A DNA stretch of 40,746 nt from Pseudomonadota bacterium (GCA_039029195.1 JBCCGR010000043.1:1-40746); one strand, 5' to 3'; positions 1-9,870 are shown, counted from the first letter of the stretch. Notes: generated by a model not told the origin, from the letters alone. Numbers and translations are program-made.

Positions 1-360
1 ATCGTCTCCTCTGTTGCCGGCTATTGTGGACTGCCGGGGTCTGCCTACTACGGCCCCACAAAGTCCGCGCTCATCACGCTGGCTGAAACCTACAGACCCG
101 AACTGCAGCGCCATGGCGTGAAACTTCAGGTGGTCAATCCCGGTTTCGTCAAGACCCCGCTCACGGCAGGCAATTCCTTTCCCATGCCGTTTTTGATGGA
201 GCTGGACGACGCGGTGGATCGGTTCATGGCAGGCCTTCAGGCCTCCCGCTTCGAGATCACATTTCCCCGCCGCATGGCAATTCTGGTGAAGCTGGTCGCG
301 ATGCTCCCCTATCCGATCTATTTTTGGCTTATGGCGCAAATGAGCAGACGGAGATCCTGA
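1..360 (+). CDS. Short-chain dehydrogenase/reductase (SDR), C-terminal fragment; 5' end lies outside the window
   Basis: Frame 1 is open from nt 1. It translates IVSSVAGYCGLPGSAYYGPTKSAL..., which contains the SDR catalytic YxxxK motif, and GFVKTPL matches the SDR C-terminal region. Stop at 358-360. Confidence 0.75.
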   Translation: MVSSVAGYCGLPGSAYYGPTKSALITLAETYRPELQRHGVKLQVVNPGFVKTPLTAGNSFPMPFLMELDDAVDRFMAGLQASRFEITFPRRMAILVKLVAMLPYPIYFWLMAQMSRRRS

Positions 361-788
361 TGACCGCGCAAGCAACCATCGATGAATATTGCGCGGTACT
401 GGAGCGCATCAGTTGGCCGGCACTGACCGATCTGGAAGGGCTGTGTGCAGCGAACATTGAGTTCAAGGATCCGTTCAATCACACATTTGATGTAGGCGGG
501 CTGATCCGGTGCATGGAGCACATGCTCGACAATATGCCGGACGTGAAATTCACGATCCTTGATGTTTTTGGCAGTGACAGTGCGTGGGTCATCAAGTGGC
601 GATTCACCGGCACGGCAAAATACATTGGCAAGATGGATTTCACCGGTCTGTCAGAAGTTACGCTGAATGCCGATGGAAAAGTCGCCCGCCACGTGGATTA
701 TTGGGATGCGGGCGAACATTTTCTTGCTCGCGTGCCCGTGCTCGGCGCGCTGGTGCGCGGCGTCAATGGTCGGCTGAAGGTGGAGTGA
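360..788 (+). CDS. SnoaL-like / NTF2-like (ketosteroid-isomerase fold) protein
   Basis: About 140-aa ORF. The best start is ATG 360 (MTAQATIDEY...), which overlaps the upstream TGA as TGATG and suggests translational coupling. The family call rests only on size and overall composition; no diagnostic motif could be checked. Confidence 0.5.
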   Translation: MTAQATIDEYCAVLERISWPALTDLEGLCAANIEFKDPFNHTFDVGGLIRCMEHMLDNMPDVKFTILDVFGSDSAWVIKWRFTGTAKYIGKMDFTGLSEVTLNADGKVARHVDYWDAGEHFLARVPVLGALVRGVNGRLKVE

Positions 789-837
789 TTGTCTAGAACC
801 TGGTTGCTATAGTTGGAAGTAACCCATCTTCTTCGTC

Positions 838-862
838 ATCCCGCCCATTTATCGGGCGGGAT
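838..862. repeat. Perfect 9-bp-stem palindrome ATCCCGCCC-atttatc-GGGCGGGAT between convergent genes
   Basis: Read directly. It differs by one base from the stem of the neighbouring REP-like element at 884-911. Confidence 0.6.
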
Positions 863-883
863 CCACATTGGTACAGCTACCAT

Positions 884-911
884 GGATTCCGCCCGCAAGG
901 GGCGGAATGAC
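884..911. repeat. REP-like palindromic element GGATTCCGCCC-gcaag-GGGCGGAATGAC (family copy 1)
   Basis: Shares the framing GGATTCC ... GGAATGAC(A/G) with the copies at 13648-13677 and 38893-38921. The inner stem is compensatory. It sits between convergent 3' ends (SnoaL-like gene and xthA). Confidence 0.6.
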
Positions 912-949
912 GATCGTTAGACTCTGCTTTTGAGCAAGTCTTACGTGCT

Positions 950-1753
950 CTAATCCAGATCAAGTTCCAGTATGATTGGCACATGGTCGGACGGTTTTTC
1001 CCAGCCGCGGGCTTCACGCAGAACCTGGATGCCGGTGGAATGTTGTGCCAGCTCGGGTGCGCCCCACACATGGTCCAGTCGCCGACCCCGATCAGACGCA
1101 TCCCAGTCTCGAGCGCGATAGCTCCACCAGGAATAGACCTTTTCCTCAACCGGAATGTGCTGGCGAACAAAGTCGTGCCAGCCACCTTTCACCATGACAT
1201 CAAGCAGGCCTTCGGTTTCAACCGGCGTGTGGCTGACGATTTTCAAAAGCTGCTTGTGCGACCAAACATCGGTTTCAAGTGGCGCGATGTTGAGATCCCC
1301 AACCAGAATATTATGGGTGCCGTCATGGGTGGCGGTGAGAGACTTCATCTCTTCGACGAAATCGAGCTTGTGGGCGAATTTCGGGTTCTTTTCCCGGTCA
1401 GGTTCGTCGCCGCCAGCGGGAACATAAAAATTGTGAACCCGAAGCGACATACCGCCAGCATCGAACGCCGTGCTTACATGCCTGGTGTCGCCCATTTCGC
1501 AATAGTCGGTTGATTGCTGTTCGCGCAGTGGGCGTTTCGAAATCGTCGCAACCCCGTGATAGGCCTTCTGGCCGTGCACTGCCTGATGAGGGTATCCCAT
1601 CTCCGCAAAGGCCTTGGCCGGGAACTGATCATTCTGGCACTTGATTTCCTGCAGGCACAGAATGTCGGGACCATAGTCCTTCAAAAACTGCTCGACGAGC
1701 GGACGGCGCAGGCGAACGGAATTGATGTTCCAAGTAGCAATTTTGAGGGGCAT
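950..1753 (-). CDS. xthA: Exodeoxyribonuclease III (AP endonuclease, EEP family)
   Basis: MPLKIATWNINSVR...LCLQEIK...GDLNIAP...SWWSYRARDW...SDHVPIILELDLD are canonical ExoIII/EEP motifs. Start placed at the conserved MPLKIATWN Met (internal to the track ORF). Confidence 0.85.
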   Translation of the reverse strand: MPLKIATWNINSVRLRRPLVEQFLKDYGPDILCLQEIKCQNDQFPAKAFAEMGYPHQAVHGQKAYHGVATISKRPLREQQSTDYCEMGDTRHVSTAFDAGGMSLRVHNFYVPAGGDEPDREKNPKFAHKLDFVEEMKSLTATHDGTHNILVGDLNIAPLETDVWSHKQLLKIVSHTPVETEGLLDVMVKGGWHDFVRQHIPVEEKVYSWWSYRARDWDASDRGRRLDHVWGAPELAQHSTGIQVLREARGWEKPSDHVPIILELDLD

Positions 1754-1797
1754 TTGAACGGTCCGAAGCGGCAAAAGCTCAAGATGCCGTCTCCGCG

Positions 1798-1826
1798 ATA
1801 GCCACACAAGGGAAGAGTGTGGCTAT
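1798..1826. promoter_or_regulatory. Perfect 10-bp inverted repeat ATAGCCACAC-N9-GTGTGGCTAT between lolA 3' end and xthA start
   Basis: Read directly. No U-run on either strand, so it is not a canonical intrinsic terminator. Candidate operator or RNA hairpin. Confidence 0.3.
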
Positions 1827-1852
1827 GCTCAGGAAAGTTTTGTGCAATCGAT

Positions 1853-2521
1853 CTATCGATCGTGAGTTCTGTTTTTCTGCTCTTCGATCAGCGCATAGTT
1901 GATCTTGAACAACCGTTTGGAAAGTCTGGCGTTCTTTTCCACGTTGAAAATCATCACCGACGTGTCCTTGCCCTGATCATCGGTGATGGTCCATTGGCGC
2001 AGGTCGAAGCTCGTGGGGTCAAACATCAGTGTGATCTTGCTGTCGCCGAACACTGATTTGTCGCCAAGAACGACCGTGGTCAGATCGCTTTCGGCCTTCA
2101 CGCTTTTGATCGCCTTGTCGTCCACATTGATTTTCTTGGCGAGCAGCAGGCGCAGCGGGGTCTTGTTGAGCGGAAAGAAGTCCCAGGTCTTGAGTTTCTT
2201 GTTGTTGATGGCGACGGTCTTGCCATCGGAAAACACGCTCATTGGCGAGGGCTTGTCGTAGTCGAACCGAATGCGCCCGGGGCGTTGCAGATAAAACTTG
2301 CCACCGGTCTGCTCGCCGCGTGGACCAAACTGGATGAACTCGCCCTTCAATGTGGGCACACCCGCAAAATGATCGCTGATCGCTTTGACGATTTTCGCGT
2401 CTTTGCCGTTTGCGGCGTTGGCAGGTCCGGGAAGGGTCGTGACCAAAACGCCCGCCAGTGCCAAGGTGCCCAATGCGAGGGCTTTGCGGTTAAGTGCGGC
2501 GGTCAGTTGGGAGAGGATCAT
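1853..2521 (-). CDS. lolA: Outer-membrane lipoprotein carrier protein LolA
   Basis: About 220 aa with an N-terminal signal peptide (MILSQLTAALNRKALALGTLALAGVLV...) and size/composition typical of LolA. Sits immediately downstream of ftsK, the conserved ftsK-lolA arrangement. AAGGA RBS before ATG at 2521. Confidence 0.75.
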   Translation of the reverse strand: MILSQLTAALNRKALALGTLALAGVLVTTLPGPANAANGKDAKIVKAISDHFAGVPTLKGEFIQFGPRGEQTGGKFYLQRPGRIRFDYDKPSPMSVFSDGKTVAINNKKLKTWDFFPLNKTPLRLLLAKKINVDDKAIKSVKAESDLTTVVLGDKSVFGDSKITLMFDPTSFDLRQWTITDDQGKDTSVMIFNVEKNARLSKRLFKINYALIEEQKNRTHDR

Positions 2522-2628
2522 GATTGCTTTATCCTTGCAGATCTTGTGATCGATTGACTGGTTGCCGAATGGAGCGAGTGAATTCGCCGGGGCGTCAGTG
2601 GCGCTCAACTTCGGCCTCATTGTGACGA

Positions 2629-5265
2629 TCAGATGGTTTCATCTTCCGCCGGAACCAGAATGTCGCGTTTTCCGGCATGATTGGCTGGGCTGATCAGCCC
2701 CTCCTGTTCCATGCGCTCAATGAGCGAGGCGGCACGGTTATAGCCAATGGAAAGGCGGCGTTGAATATAGGAGGTCGATGCCTTGCGGTCGCGCAGCACA
2801 ATGGCCACGGCCTGATCATAGGGATCGTCAGAATCACCCATGTCGCCAGAGGCGCCGGAGCCGCCGCCTCCGTCAGAAACCTCGTCTTCGAGCTCTTCCG
2901 TCACCTCTTCCAGATATTGCGGCACGCCCTGCACTTGCAGGTGCTTGACCACATCTTCTACTTCGTTGTCGGCGACGAACGGGCCGTGCACGCGGGTGAT
3001 GCGGCCGCCACCCGCCATGTAGAGCATGTCCCCCATGCCCAGCAGCTGTTCGGCTCCCATCTCACCAAGGATGGTGCGGCTGTCGATTTTCGAGGTTACC
3101 TGGAATGAAATGCGGGTCGGGAAGTTCGCCTTGATCGTACCAGTAATCACATCCACCGACGGGCGTTGGGTTGCCATGATGACGTGAATCCCGGCAGCGC
3201 GCGCCATCTGGGCCAGCCGCTGAACCGTGCCTTCGATGTCCTTGCCGGCGACCATCATCAAGTCGGCCATCTCATCGATGATCACGACGATGTACGGCAT
3301 GGGCTCCAGGTCAAGTTCTTCATGTTCGTAGATGGCTTCGCCGGTCTCCTTGTCGAACCCGGTCTGAACGGTGCGGGTCAGCACTTCGCCTTTCTTGGCG
3401 GCCTGCTCAACGCGGGTATTGAAGCCGTCAATGTTGCGCACGCCCAGTTTGGACATTTTGCGGTAGCGTTCTTCCATCTCGCGCACGGTCCATTTGAGCG
3501 CGACAACCGCCTTCTTTGGATCGGTGACCACCGGCGTCAGCAGATGCGGGATGCCGTCATAGATCGACAGTTCCAGCATCTTTGGATCGATCATGATCAT
3601 TTTGCATTTCTGCGGATCATGCTTGTAGAGCAGCGAGAGGATCATCGTGTTGATGGCGACCGACTTACCGGAGCCGGTGGTGCCTGCAACGAGCAAGTGG
3701 GGCATCTTTGCCAGATCCGCGATGACGGGTTCACCGCCGATGTTCTTGCCGAGACACAGGGCAAGCTTGCCTTTGCTCGATTCAAAGTCCTGACTTGCCA
3801 GCATTTCCCGCAAGAACACTGTTTCGCGTTTGGTGTTTGGTAGTTCGATGCCGATGGCATTGCGGCCTGGAACCACCGCCACGCGGGCGGCGATTGCACT
3901 CATGGAGCGGGCGATGTCGTCTGCCAGCCCGATGACGCGGGATGATTTGATGCCCGGCGCGGGTTCAAGTTCGTAAAGGGTGACAACCGGTCCGGGCCGA
4001 ACCTTGATGATCTCGCCGCGCACGCCGAAATCAGACAGCACACCTTCAAGCAGCCGCGCATTCTGCTCCAGGGCCTCATTGGACATGGACGCATCGCGGA
4101 CCACATTTTTGGGCTCGGTTAGAAGGTGCAGGGTTGGAAGTTCAAAGGTGTCATGGCCGAAGAGCGGTTGCTGCGCTTCGCGCACAATGCGCGAGCCCGT
4201 CTTGGGTTTCGGCGCCTGTGGTTGCACTCTTGGCGCGGCAGCCGGTCCACCTGGAGAGGCCTGGGACGCGACGCGCGGTTCGATTTCGACAGGGGGAACT
4301 TCCGACCAGTCGGCGGCCGGATCTTCGTGATCGAATGGTGGTACATCGTCATGGTCGAGCGGGGATCTGTCGAACTGCGGCTCGACGGGAACTCCGCCTG
4401 CTGCGGCAGGTCCGCCCACCGGCTCGTGCGCGATGAACTCATCCTGAGCTGCCCGCATGGCAATGTGCGGGTCATCCTGCGGGCGCCGTTTGCGGGCGGG
4501 CAGGCTGCGGGAAATCAGACCCTTAACTAGATAGAACCAGTGGAACAAGAGGCCGATTGGCAATGCCAAGGGCGCGAACAGTCGAGATGCGAGGCTGACA
4601 TGATCGTCGTCCTCATCTTCGTCTGCATATTCCGGTGCGGCTTGCGGTTTTGGCGCGGCAGCCGGAGCGGGACTGCGCAATAGCAGCGCCAGCGCAATGC
4701 CGTACAACGGCAGAGCAATCACACCAAAAAAGAGACCGGCAACCACCGCACCAAGTCCACTTGGATAGGCACCAAGAAAGGTTGCTGGGATGCCAAGAAG
4801 AGCGTCCCCCGCCACACCGCCGAGCCCAAGGGGCAGGGGCCAGGTGTCGGGTGCAGTAATTGCACCGATCGCGCCACCTGCAAAGACTGAACCGGCAATC
4901 CAGGCCGCAATACGCAATTTCATTTGTCCAATCATGTGACCGGAAAATTTCATCCAGCCCCAGACAGCGGGCGGTACAAGCAACAGGGCTGCCACAAGAC
5001 CGAAGAACTGCATGGCGATATCGGCAAAGGACGCGCCCCAGAAACCAAGCGCGTTGCGCGCTTCGCCACCATTGGCATAGGTGAGACTTGGATCATTGAT
5101 CGACCAGGTGGCAAGGGAAACAGCGCCCGCCACAACGCCGGCAAGCAGGAAGAGTCCGCCCAGCGCCTGTACATTGCGGGCGATTAGCCCGGTCGGGCGT
5201 CCGCCAGATTCCGCAACGCCCGCCGTACCTGCTGAGGTTCCCAGAGCCATTTTTGGTGTCCGCAT
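2629..5265 (-). CDS. ftsK: DNA translocase FtsK
   Basis: Sequence shows N-terminal membrane helices, a long Pro/Ala/Asp-rich linker, a motor domain with Walker A GTTGSGKS and a [13 protein letters not shown] Walker B region, and a C-terminal winged-helix gamma domain ([23 protein letters not shown]). The start codon is uncertain: the ORF is open to 5340 with GTG, and ATG 5265 or 5250 are alternatives. Confidence 0.9.
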   Translation of the reverse strand: MRTPKMALGTSAGTAGVAESGGRPTGLIARNVQALGGLFLLAGVVAGAVSLATWSINDPSLTYANGGEARNALGFWGASFADIAMQFFGLVAALLLVPPAVWGWMKFSGHMIGQMKLRIAAWIAGSVFAGGAIGAITAPDTWPLPLGLGGVAGDALLGIPATFLGAYPSGLGAVVAGLFFGVIALPLYGIALALLLRSPAPAAAPKPQAAPEYADEDEDDDHVSLASRLFAPLALPIGLLFHWFYLVKGLISRSLPARKRRPQDDPHIAMRAAQDEFIAHEPVGGPAAAGGVPVEPQFDRSPLDHDDVPPFDHEDPAADWSEVPPVEIEPRVASQASPGGPAAAPRVQPQAPKPKTGSRIVREAQQPLFGHDTFELPTLHLLTEPKNVVRDASMSNEALEQNARLLEGVLSDFGVRGEIIKVRPGPVVTLYELEPAPGIKSSRVIGLADDIARSMSAIAARVAVVPGRNAIGIELPNTKRETVFLREMLASQDFESSKGKLALCLGKNIGGEPVIADLAKMPHLLVAGTTGSGKSVAINTMILSLLYKHDPQKCKMIMIDPKMLELSIYDGIPHLLTPVVTDPKKAVVALKWTVREMEERYRKMSKLGVRNIDGFNTRVEQAAKKGEVLTRTVQTGFDKETGEAIYEHEELDLEPMPYIVVIIDEMADLMMVAGKDIEGTVQRLAQMARAAGIHVIMATQRPSVDVITGTIKANFPTRISFQVTSKIDSRTILGEMGAEQLLGMGDMLYMAGGGRITRVHGPFVADNEVEDVVKHLQVQGVPQYLEEVTEELEDEVSDGGGGSGASGDMGDSDDPYDQAVAIVLRDRKASTSYIQRRLSIGYNRAASLIERMEQEGLISPANHAGKRDILVPAEDETI

Positions 5266-5465
5266 GTCCCAACTCACCCGTATGTTCGAAATCGCAAATG
5301 AGCGCCCGCATTGCGCCTTCGCGCACCGGCTACGATTCACAGTTTATTCGAACCTAGTTTGGGGATGGTTAAGACCGCATTAACCATGGGGCGGGGCAGA
5401 GGCGCGATTGGCCTCTGCGCTCAACTATTTTCCTTTCTGATGATCAATCGGTATGCCGCCGCCGA

Positions 5466-6737
5466 CTAAACGATTATCAAATCATTCGCTGGATTGAAGG
5501 TCGCGCCAACATCTCGAACGACCATATTAAAGTTTCCGCCCGAATTTGTGTAGAAAAAGAACCAGTCATTGCCGATGGCACCGCTAAAGGTAACGTTTGC
5601 GGAGAACGCTGCGCTGAAAACAATTTTATCATTGCCGCCCATCGCTGCTGTTTGAAAACCGGTTTCAACGTGAATTCCGGATCCGTCGCCGTGCAATATT
5701 TCGATGCGGTTGCTTGCGCCCGCTTCCGGCGTCAGATAGGCCTGACCGATTTCCGTATGTCCCGAACTTCCTCGAAATACATCATTCCCGGTTCCACCAA
5801 ACAGTTGATCAAATCCGTCCCCTGCCTGAAGAAAATCGTTTCCTTCCCCTCCAATCAGAATGTCCTGGAAATCTCCCTCCCCTCCAAACAACCGATCATC
5901 GCCATCCTGTCCTTGCAATTCGTCGGCTCCAACACCACCGAACAGCAAATCACTACCGTCGCCACCGAATAACCGGTCGTTCCCGTCTTGTCCCTGTAGT
6001 TCGTCGTTGCCTTGTTGACCAAACAGGAGGTCTACGCCGTCTCCACCGAAAAGTCTGTCATTGTTTTCCTGACCCTGCAGTTCATCGTCGCCGTCTTGAC
6101 CAAAGAGAAGATCAAGGCCTGTACCTCCAAAAAGTCTGTCATTGTCCTCTTGGCCTTGCAGCTCGTCGTCGCCGTCCTGCCCGAACAGAAGATCAAAACC
6201 CGTCCCTCCGAACAGCCGATCATTGTTTTCCTGACCCTGAAGTTCATCCTGACCCTGTTGTCCAAACAGAAGGTCAACGCCTTCATTTCCGAACAGTAGG
6301 TCATTTCCTTCTTGACCTTGAAGTTCGTCATCTCCCTGACCGCCGTAGATTATGTCGCGCAATGCACCTCCAAACAGCAGATCATTGCCATTCTGACCCA
6401 AGATGCCGTCGGCACCATCACGACCGAATATGATATCATTGCCGTCTTCACCGAATGCGAAGTCGCCGGTTCCATTTCCAGTTAGAATGACATCATTGCC
6501 AGTACCCCCATAAATATAGTCCCCTCCGTCTTCACCTTCGAGCCGATCATTGCCAGCTCCTCCAAACAGAGTGTCATCCCCTTGTTTGCCAAATATGAAA
6601 TCGTCACCATCCAATCCAAAAATACGATCATTTTCGGTGGTCCCGTGAAGAATATCGTTGCCTGTTGTTCCCGTTTCGATGTGTGTCGATCCGGTAAATA
6701 TTGAGGTGGATGTGCTAGGATTGAATACAATATGCAT
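5466..6737 (-). CDS. RTX-type (hemolysin-type) calcium-binding repeat protein, probable T1SS substrate
   Basis: Dozens of GGxGxDxLx nonapeptides (LFGGTGNDRL, LFGQDGDDEL ...) with a non-repeat C-terminal tail. No ABC/MFP type-I secretion genes lie in the window. Confidence 0.8.
   Translation of the reverse strand: MHIVFNPSTSTSIFTGSTHIETGTTGNDILHGTTENDRIFGLDGDDFIFGKQGDDTLFGGAGNDRLEGEDGGDYIYGGTGNDVILTGNGTGDFAFGEDGNDIIFGRDGADGILGQNGNDLLFGGALRDIIYGGQGDDELQGQEGNDLLFGNEGVDLLFGQQGQDELQGQENNDRLFGGTGFDLLFGQDGDDELQGQEDNDRLFGGTGLDLLFGQDGDDELQGQENNDRLFGGDGVDLLFGQQGNDELQGQDGNDRLFGGDGSDLLFGGVGADELQGQDGDDRLFGGEGDFQDILIGGEGNDFLQAGDGFDQLFGGTGNDVFRGSSGHTEIGQAYLTPEAGASNRIEILHGDGSGIHVETGFQTAAMGGNDKIVFSAAFSANVTFSGAIGNDWFFFYTNSGGNFNMVVRDVGATFNPANDLIIV
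5880..6480. repeat. Intragenic tandem DNA repeats (about 54-nt period) encoding the RTX nonapeptide array
   Basis: Near-identical codon blocks (DELQGQENNDRLFGGTGxDLLFGQ units) recur in tandem at the DNA level. This is a hotspot for repeat-number variation. Confidence 0.7.
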
Positions 6738-6904
6738 TTATCTTATCCCTTAAATATAAAATAAAAATATCGAACAATGACTCTCAGAAAATGTCAAGTT
6801 TAAATGAATCTCTGAATTTGAGATGACAACTCTATTGTGTAGTTCAGGTTGTAAAGTGTGACTTGAAATTTGCCGGATTGATCACGACCGGCGATCTTTT
6901 TTTC

Positions 6905-6960
6905 CGAGTCTATCGCAACAAAAAACCGGCAACTCCCCATGGCGAGGGAGCCGCCGGTTT
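6905..6960 (-). terminator. Rho-independent terminator downstream of amtB (7006-8223)
   Basis: On the minus strand: CCGGCGGCTCCC-tcgcca-TGGGGAGTTGCCGG followed by TTTTTTG. Confidence 0.6.
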
Positions 6961-7005
6961 TACACTCAAATCACCGCAAGCAGTGATTAGTCAAAAGCGC
7001 CAACT

Positions 7006-8223
7006 TTACCGCATATCCCCTTCGGGATTGGCGGAGATCTTGTGAATCGCAAGGTCAGCACCCTGGAATTCTTCCTCTTCCGTCAGGCGCAGGCCAACGA
7101 TTGCTTTCAGCAGGCCATAGATAATTGCACCGGCAATCACCGCGTAAGTTGCACCGACAAGGCTTCCAACAAGCTGGGACATGATTGTGACGCCGCCCAT
7201 GCCGCCAAGAGCGGTGGTGCCGAAGATGCCCGCAGCAATGCCGCCCCACACACCGCAAAGACCGTGCAGCGGCCACACGCCCAGCACATCATCCACTTTC
7301 AGCTTCAACTGACACCAGTTGAAGCCAATCACGAAGATGCCACCAGCAACCGCGCCAACGATCAGAGCGCCAATCGGGTGGAAGAGATCAGAGCCCGCAC
7401 ACACGGAAACGAGACCGGCAAGCGCACCATTGTGCACAAAGCCCGGGTCGTTCTTGCCGATGATCAACGCCGCCAGAATGCCGCCAACCATGGCCATCAG
7501 CGAGTTGATGGCGACAAGCCCGGACACGCCTTCCAGTGATTGTGCGGACATGACGTTGAAGCCGAACCAGCCCACGCAAAGCATCCAGGAACCAAGCGCC
7601 AGCCACGGAATGGAGGATGGAGGAATGCCGTGCACTTTGCCGTCTTTGGTGTACCTGCCCCGACGTGCACCAAGAATGACAACGGCGGCGAGAGCGATCC
7701 AGCCGCCAACGGCATGAACCACGATGGAACCGGCAAAGTCATGGAACTCCGCTCCAAACGCCTCATTCAACCAGCTCTGGAAACCGAAATTGCCGTTCCA
7801 GACCATGCCTTCAAAAAGCGGGTATGCCACCGCCACAACCGCGACAGTTGCCAGACATTGCGGCAAAAACCGCATGCGCTCGGCAATGCCGCCTGAGATG
7901 ATCGCCGGGATTGCAGCAGCGAATGTGGTGAGGAAGAAGAACTTCACCAGGCTGAGGCCCTGCAATGAGAAGCCTTCTGCCGCGCCGGAAAGTTCTGCCG
8001 CGCTCATCAGGAAATTGACGCCATAGGCGATGCCGTACCCGATGAAGAAATAGCTGACCGTTGAAATGGCAAAATCGACAATGATCTTGACCAGCGCATT
8101 GACCTGATTTTTGTGCCGGACCGTTCCGACTTCCAGAAATGCAAATCCGCCATGCATGGCGAATACCAGAATTGCACCCATCAGGAGGAAGAAGACATCT
8201 CCCCCGACTGCTTGTTCGTTCAT
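7006..8223 (-). CDS. amtB: Ammonium transporter (Amt family) paralog without N-terminal signal peptide
   Basis: Polytopic membrane protein with Amt-family composition. Start at MNEQAVGG (GGAAGG RBS 8 nt upstream). The track ORF begins 8 codons earlier. Confidence 0.85.
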   Translation of the reverse strand: MNEQAVGGDVFFLLMGAILVFAMHGGFAFLEVGTVRHKNQVNALVKIIVDFAISTVSYFFIGYGIAYGVNFLMSAAELSGAAEGFSLQGLSLVKFFFLTTFAAAIPAIISGGIAERMRFLPQCLATVAVVAVAYPLFEGMVWNGNFGFQSWLNEAFGAEFHDFAGSIVVHAVGGWIALAAVVILGARRGRYTKDGKVHGIPPSSIPWLALGSWMLCVGWFGFNVMSAQSLEGVSGLVAINSLMAMVGGILAALIIGKNDPGFVHNGALAGLVSVCAGSDLFHPIGALIVGAVAGGIFVIGFNWCQLKLKVDDVLGVWPLHGLCGVWGGIAAGIFGTTALGGMGGVTIMSQLVGSLVGATYAVIAGAIIYGLLKAIVGLRLTEEEEFQGADLAIHKISANPEGDMR

Positions 8224-8316
8224 TTTCTTGACCTTCCCGTCGCACATCGCCCGTTTTGGGCTTTCTATCGCTGCTGCCGGCTTTTGCCGTTTCAGCAGGC
8301 TTGTGCTTCGCGGGAA

Positions 8317-8332
8317 TTCAAGCTTTGTGCCA
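8317..8332 (-). promoter_or_regulatory. Candidate sigma-54 promoter TGGCAC-aaagc-TTGAA, about 100 nt upstream of amtB (7006-8223)
   Basis: Perfect -24 element TGGCAC with correct 5-nt spacing to TTGAA. The near-invariant -12 GC is GA here, so this is weak on its own. Confidence 0.3.
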
Positions 8333-8450
8333 GATTCACAAGGTTATGAATTTGTTAAGAAAATCGCCCAGCATGGGAATGATGAATTAAGGTTGCACAA
8401 AATTCAGGCGTCGGAATTGACGCTTGTGATTAAATTTTGAGCATACGCAC

Positions 8451-8480
8451 AGAAAAGGGGCCCGGCATTTCTGCCGGGCC
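8451..8480 (-). terminator. Intrinsic terminator after amtB (8539-9870)
   Basis: Minus strand: GGCCCGGCA-gaaa-TGCCGGGCC followed by CCTTTTCT. Confidence 0.65.
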
Positions 8481-8538
8481 AGTTGGCAATCCAAACAATT
8501 CAGATTGCGACGGGACTCTTTCCCCTGGTCAGCTTTGT

Positions 8539-9870
8539 TCAGGCGCGACCGGAGGTGAATTCTGGATAGGCTTCGACGCCGATTTCCGTCCGATCGAGGC
8601 CGAGAACTTCTTCTTCCTCGCCGATGCGGATACCGATGGTGACCTTAAGGATGTACCAGACCACACCCGAAGCAACGATGGTGAACGCGCCGTAGGCGAC
8701 AATGCCCAGGATCTGCGCGCCAAAGTTTGCACCCGAGTTGGTGAGCGGTACGGCCAGCGTGCCCCAGATACCTGCAATCAGGTGAACCGGAATGGCGCCA
8801 ACCACGTCGTCGATTTTCAGCTTGTCGAGAAGTGGAACCGTGTAGACCACGATCACACCACCGATACCGCCAATGATGATTGCCATGATTGGTGACGGGG
8901 TAAGTGGTTCAGCGGTAATGGACACGAGACCGGCCAGTGCGCCGTTGAGCGCCATGGTCACGTCGACCTTCTTGTAGGTGATCTGCATGAGGATCATGGC
9001 AACCACCACACCGGCTGCAGCGGCGAGATTGGTGTTCACGAAGATGCGTGCAACGTCGGACGCATTTGCATTGTCTCCGAAGGCAAGCTGTGAACCGCCA
9101 TTGAAGCCGAACCAACCGAGCCAAAGGATGAAAGTACCAAGCGTTGCGAGCGGAATGCTGGAGCCCGGCAGCGGGGTAACGTTTCCGTTTGCATCATACT
9201 TGCCCTTACGAGCACCAAGAATGAACGCGCCGGTCAAAGCTGCCCAGCCACCAACCGAGTGCACGATTGTGGAGCCTGCGAAGTCGTTGAAGCCCGCTTC
9301 TTTCAGCCAGCCAGCACCCCAGTGCCAGGAACCGGTGATTGGATACATGATGCCGGTCAACAGGGCGACAAAGATCAGGAAGGGCCAAAGTTTCACACGT
9401 TCAGCAATCGTGCCGGACACGATGGAGGCCGTGGTGGCGCAAAAGACCATCTGGAAGAACCAGTCTGAAGCAACGGCGTAGTCGCCTTCGTTCACGGCAC
9501 CTGCATCCGGCCAGCTATAGGGACCGAAGCTGCCGAAATAGCCGCCGTCAACGCCCGTATACATGAGGTTGTAGCCGACCACCCAGTACATCAGACCAGC
9601 GATGGAATAGAGTGCGATGTTCTTCAGACACTGCATGGAAACGTTCTTGGAACGCACCAGACCGGCTTCCAGCATGGCAAAGCCAGCGGCCATCCACATG
9701 ACGAGGAAGCCACCCATGAGGAACAGCAATGTGTTGAAAACAAATTTGGTGTCCGTTTGAACCGCGGCGGCGGTGACGGCATCCTGAGCGGCAGCAGGCA
9801 GCGTCAACGCGCCCAATGCTGCAAATGCAAGGCCGGCAGTGCCAAGGCCTTTGTTGCGGAGTGAGATCAT
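8539..9870 (-). CDS. amtB: Ammonium transporter AmtB with cleavable signal peptide
   Basis: Signal peptide LGTAGLAFAALGALTLPAAAQDA followed by an Amt-family core. Immediately downstream of glnK, the classic glnK-amtB operon. Start at MIEMISL or MISLRNK. Confidence 0.85.
   Translation of the reverse strand: MISLRNKGLGTAGLAFAALGALTLPAAAQDAVTAAAVQTDTKFVFNTLLFLMGGFLVMWMAAGFAMLEAGLVRSKNVSMQCLKNIALYSIAGLMYWVVGYNLMYTGVDGGYFGSFGPYSWPDAGAVNEGDYAVASDWFFQMVFCATTASIVSGTIAERVKLWPFLIFVALLTGIMYPITGSWHWGAGWLKEAGFNDFAGSTIVHSVGGWAALTGAFILGARKGKYDANGNVTPLPGSSIPLATLGTFILWLGWFGFNGGSQLAFGDNANASDVARIFVNTNLAAAAGVVVAMILMQITYKKVDVTMALNGALAGLVSITAEPLTPSPIMAIIIGGIGGVIVVYTVPLLDKLKIDDVVGAIPVHLIAGIWGTLAVPLTNSGANFGAQILGIVAYGAFTIVASGVVWYILKVTIGIRIGEEEEVLGLDRTEIGVEAYPEFTSGRA

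Noticed and set aside
2677-4530. Several 100-225-aa plus-strand ORFs (2677-3108, 3166-3843, 3980-4330, 4126-4530)
   Set aside because: All lie antisense inside ftsK. Composition is shadow-ORF-like.
5714-6433. 239-aa plus-strand ORF, and 6012-6299 / 6032-6331 ORFs
   Set aside because: They are generated by the RTX repeat DNA on alternative frames/strands. Repetitive R/H/P-rich translation, not genes.
5880-6480. Tandem direct repeats considered as a possible CRISPR array
   Set aside because: The units are contiguous, ~54 nt and in-frame coding for RTX nonapeptides. There are no spacers and no cas genes.
7006-8247. Track start (MCDGKVKKMNEQ...) for the second amtB
   Set aside because: No RBS at that position. 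The downstream Met (8223) has a GGAAGG SD and aligns with the Amt N-terminus.
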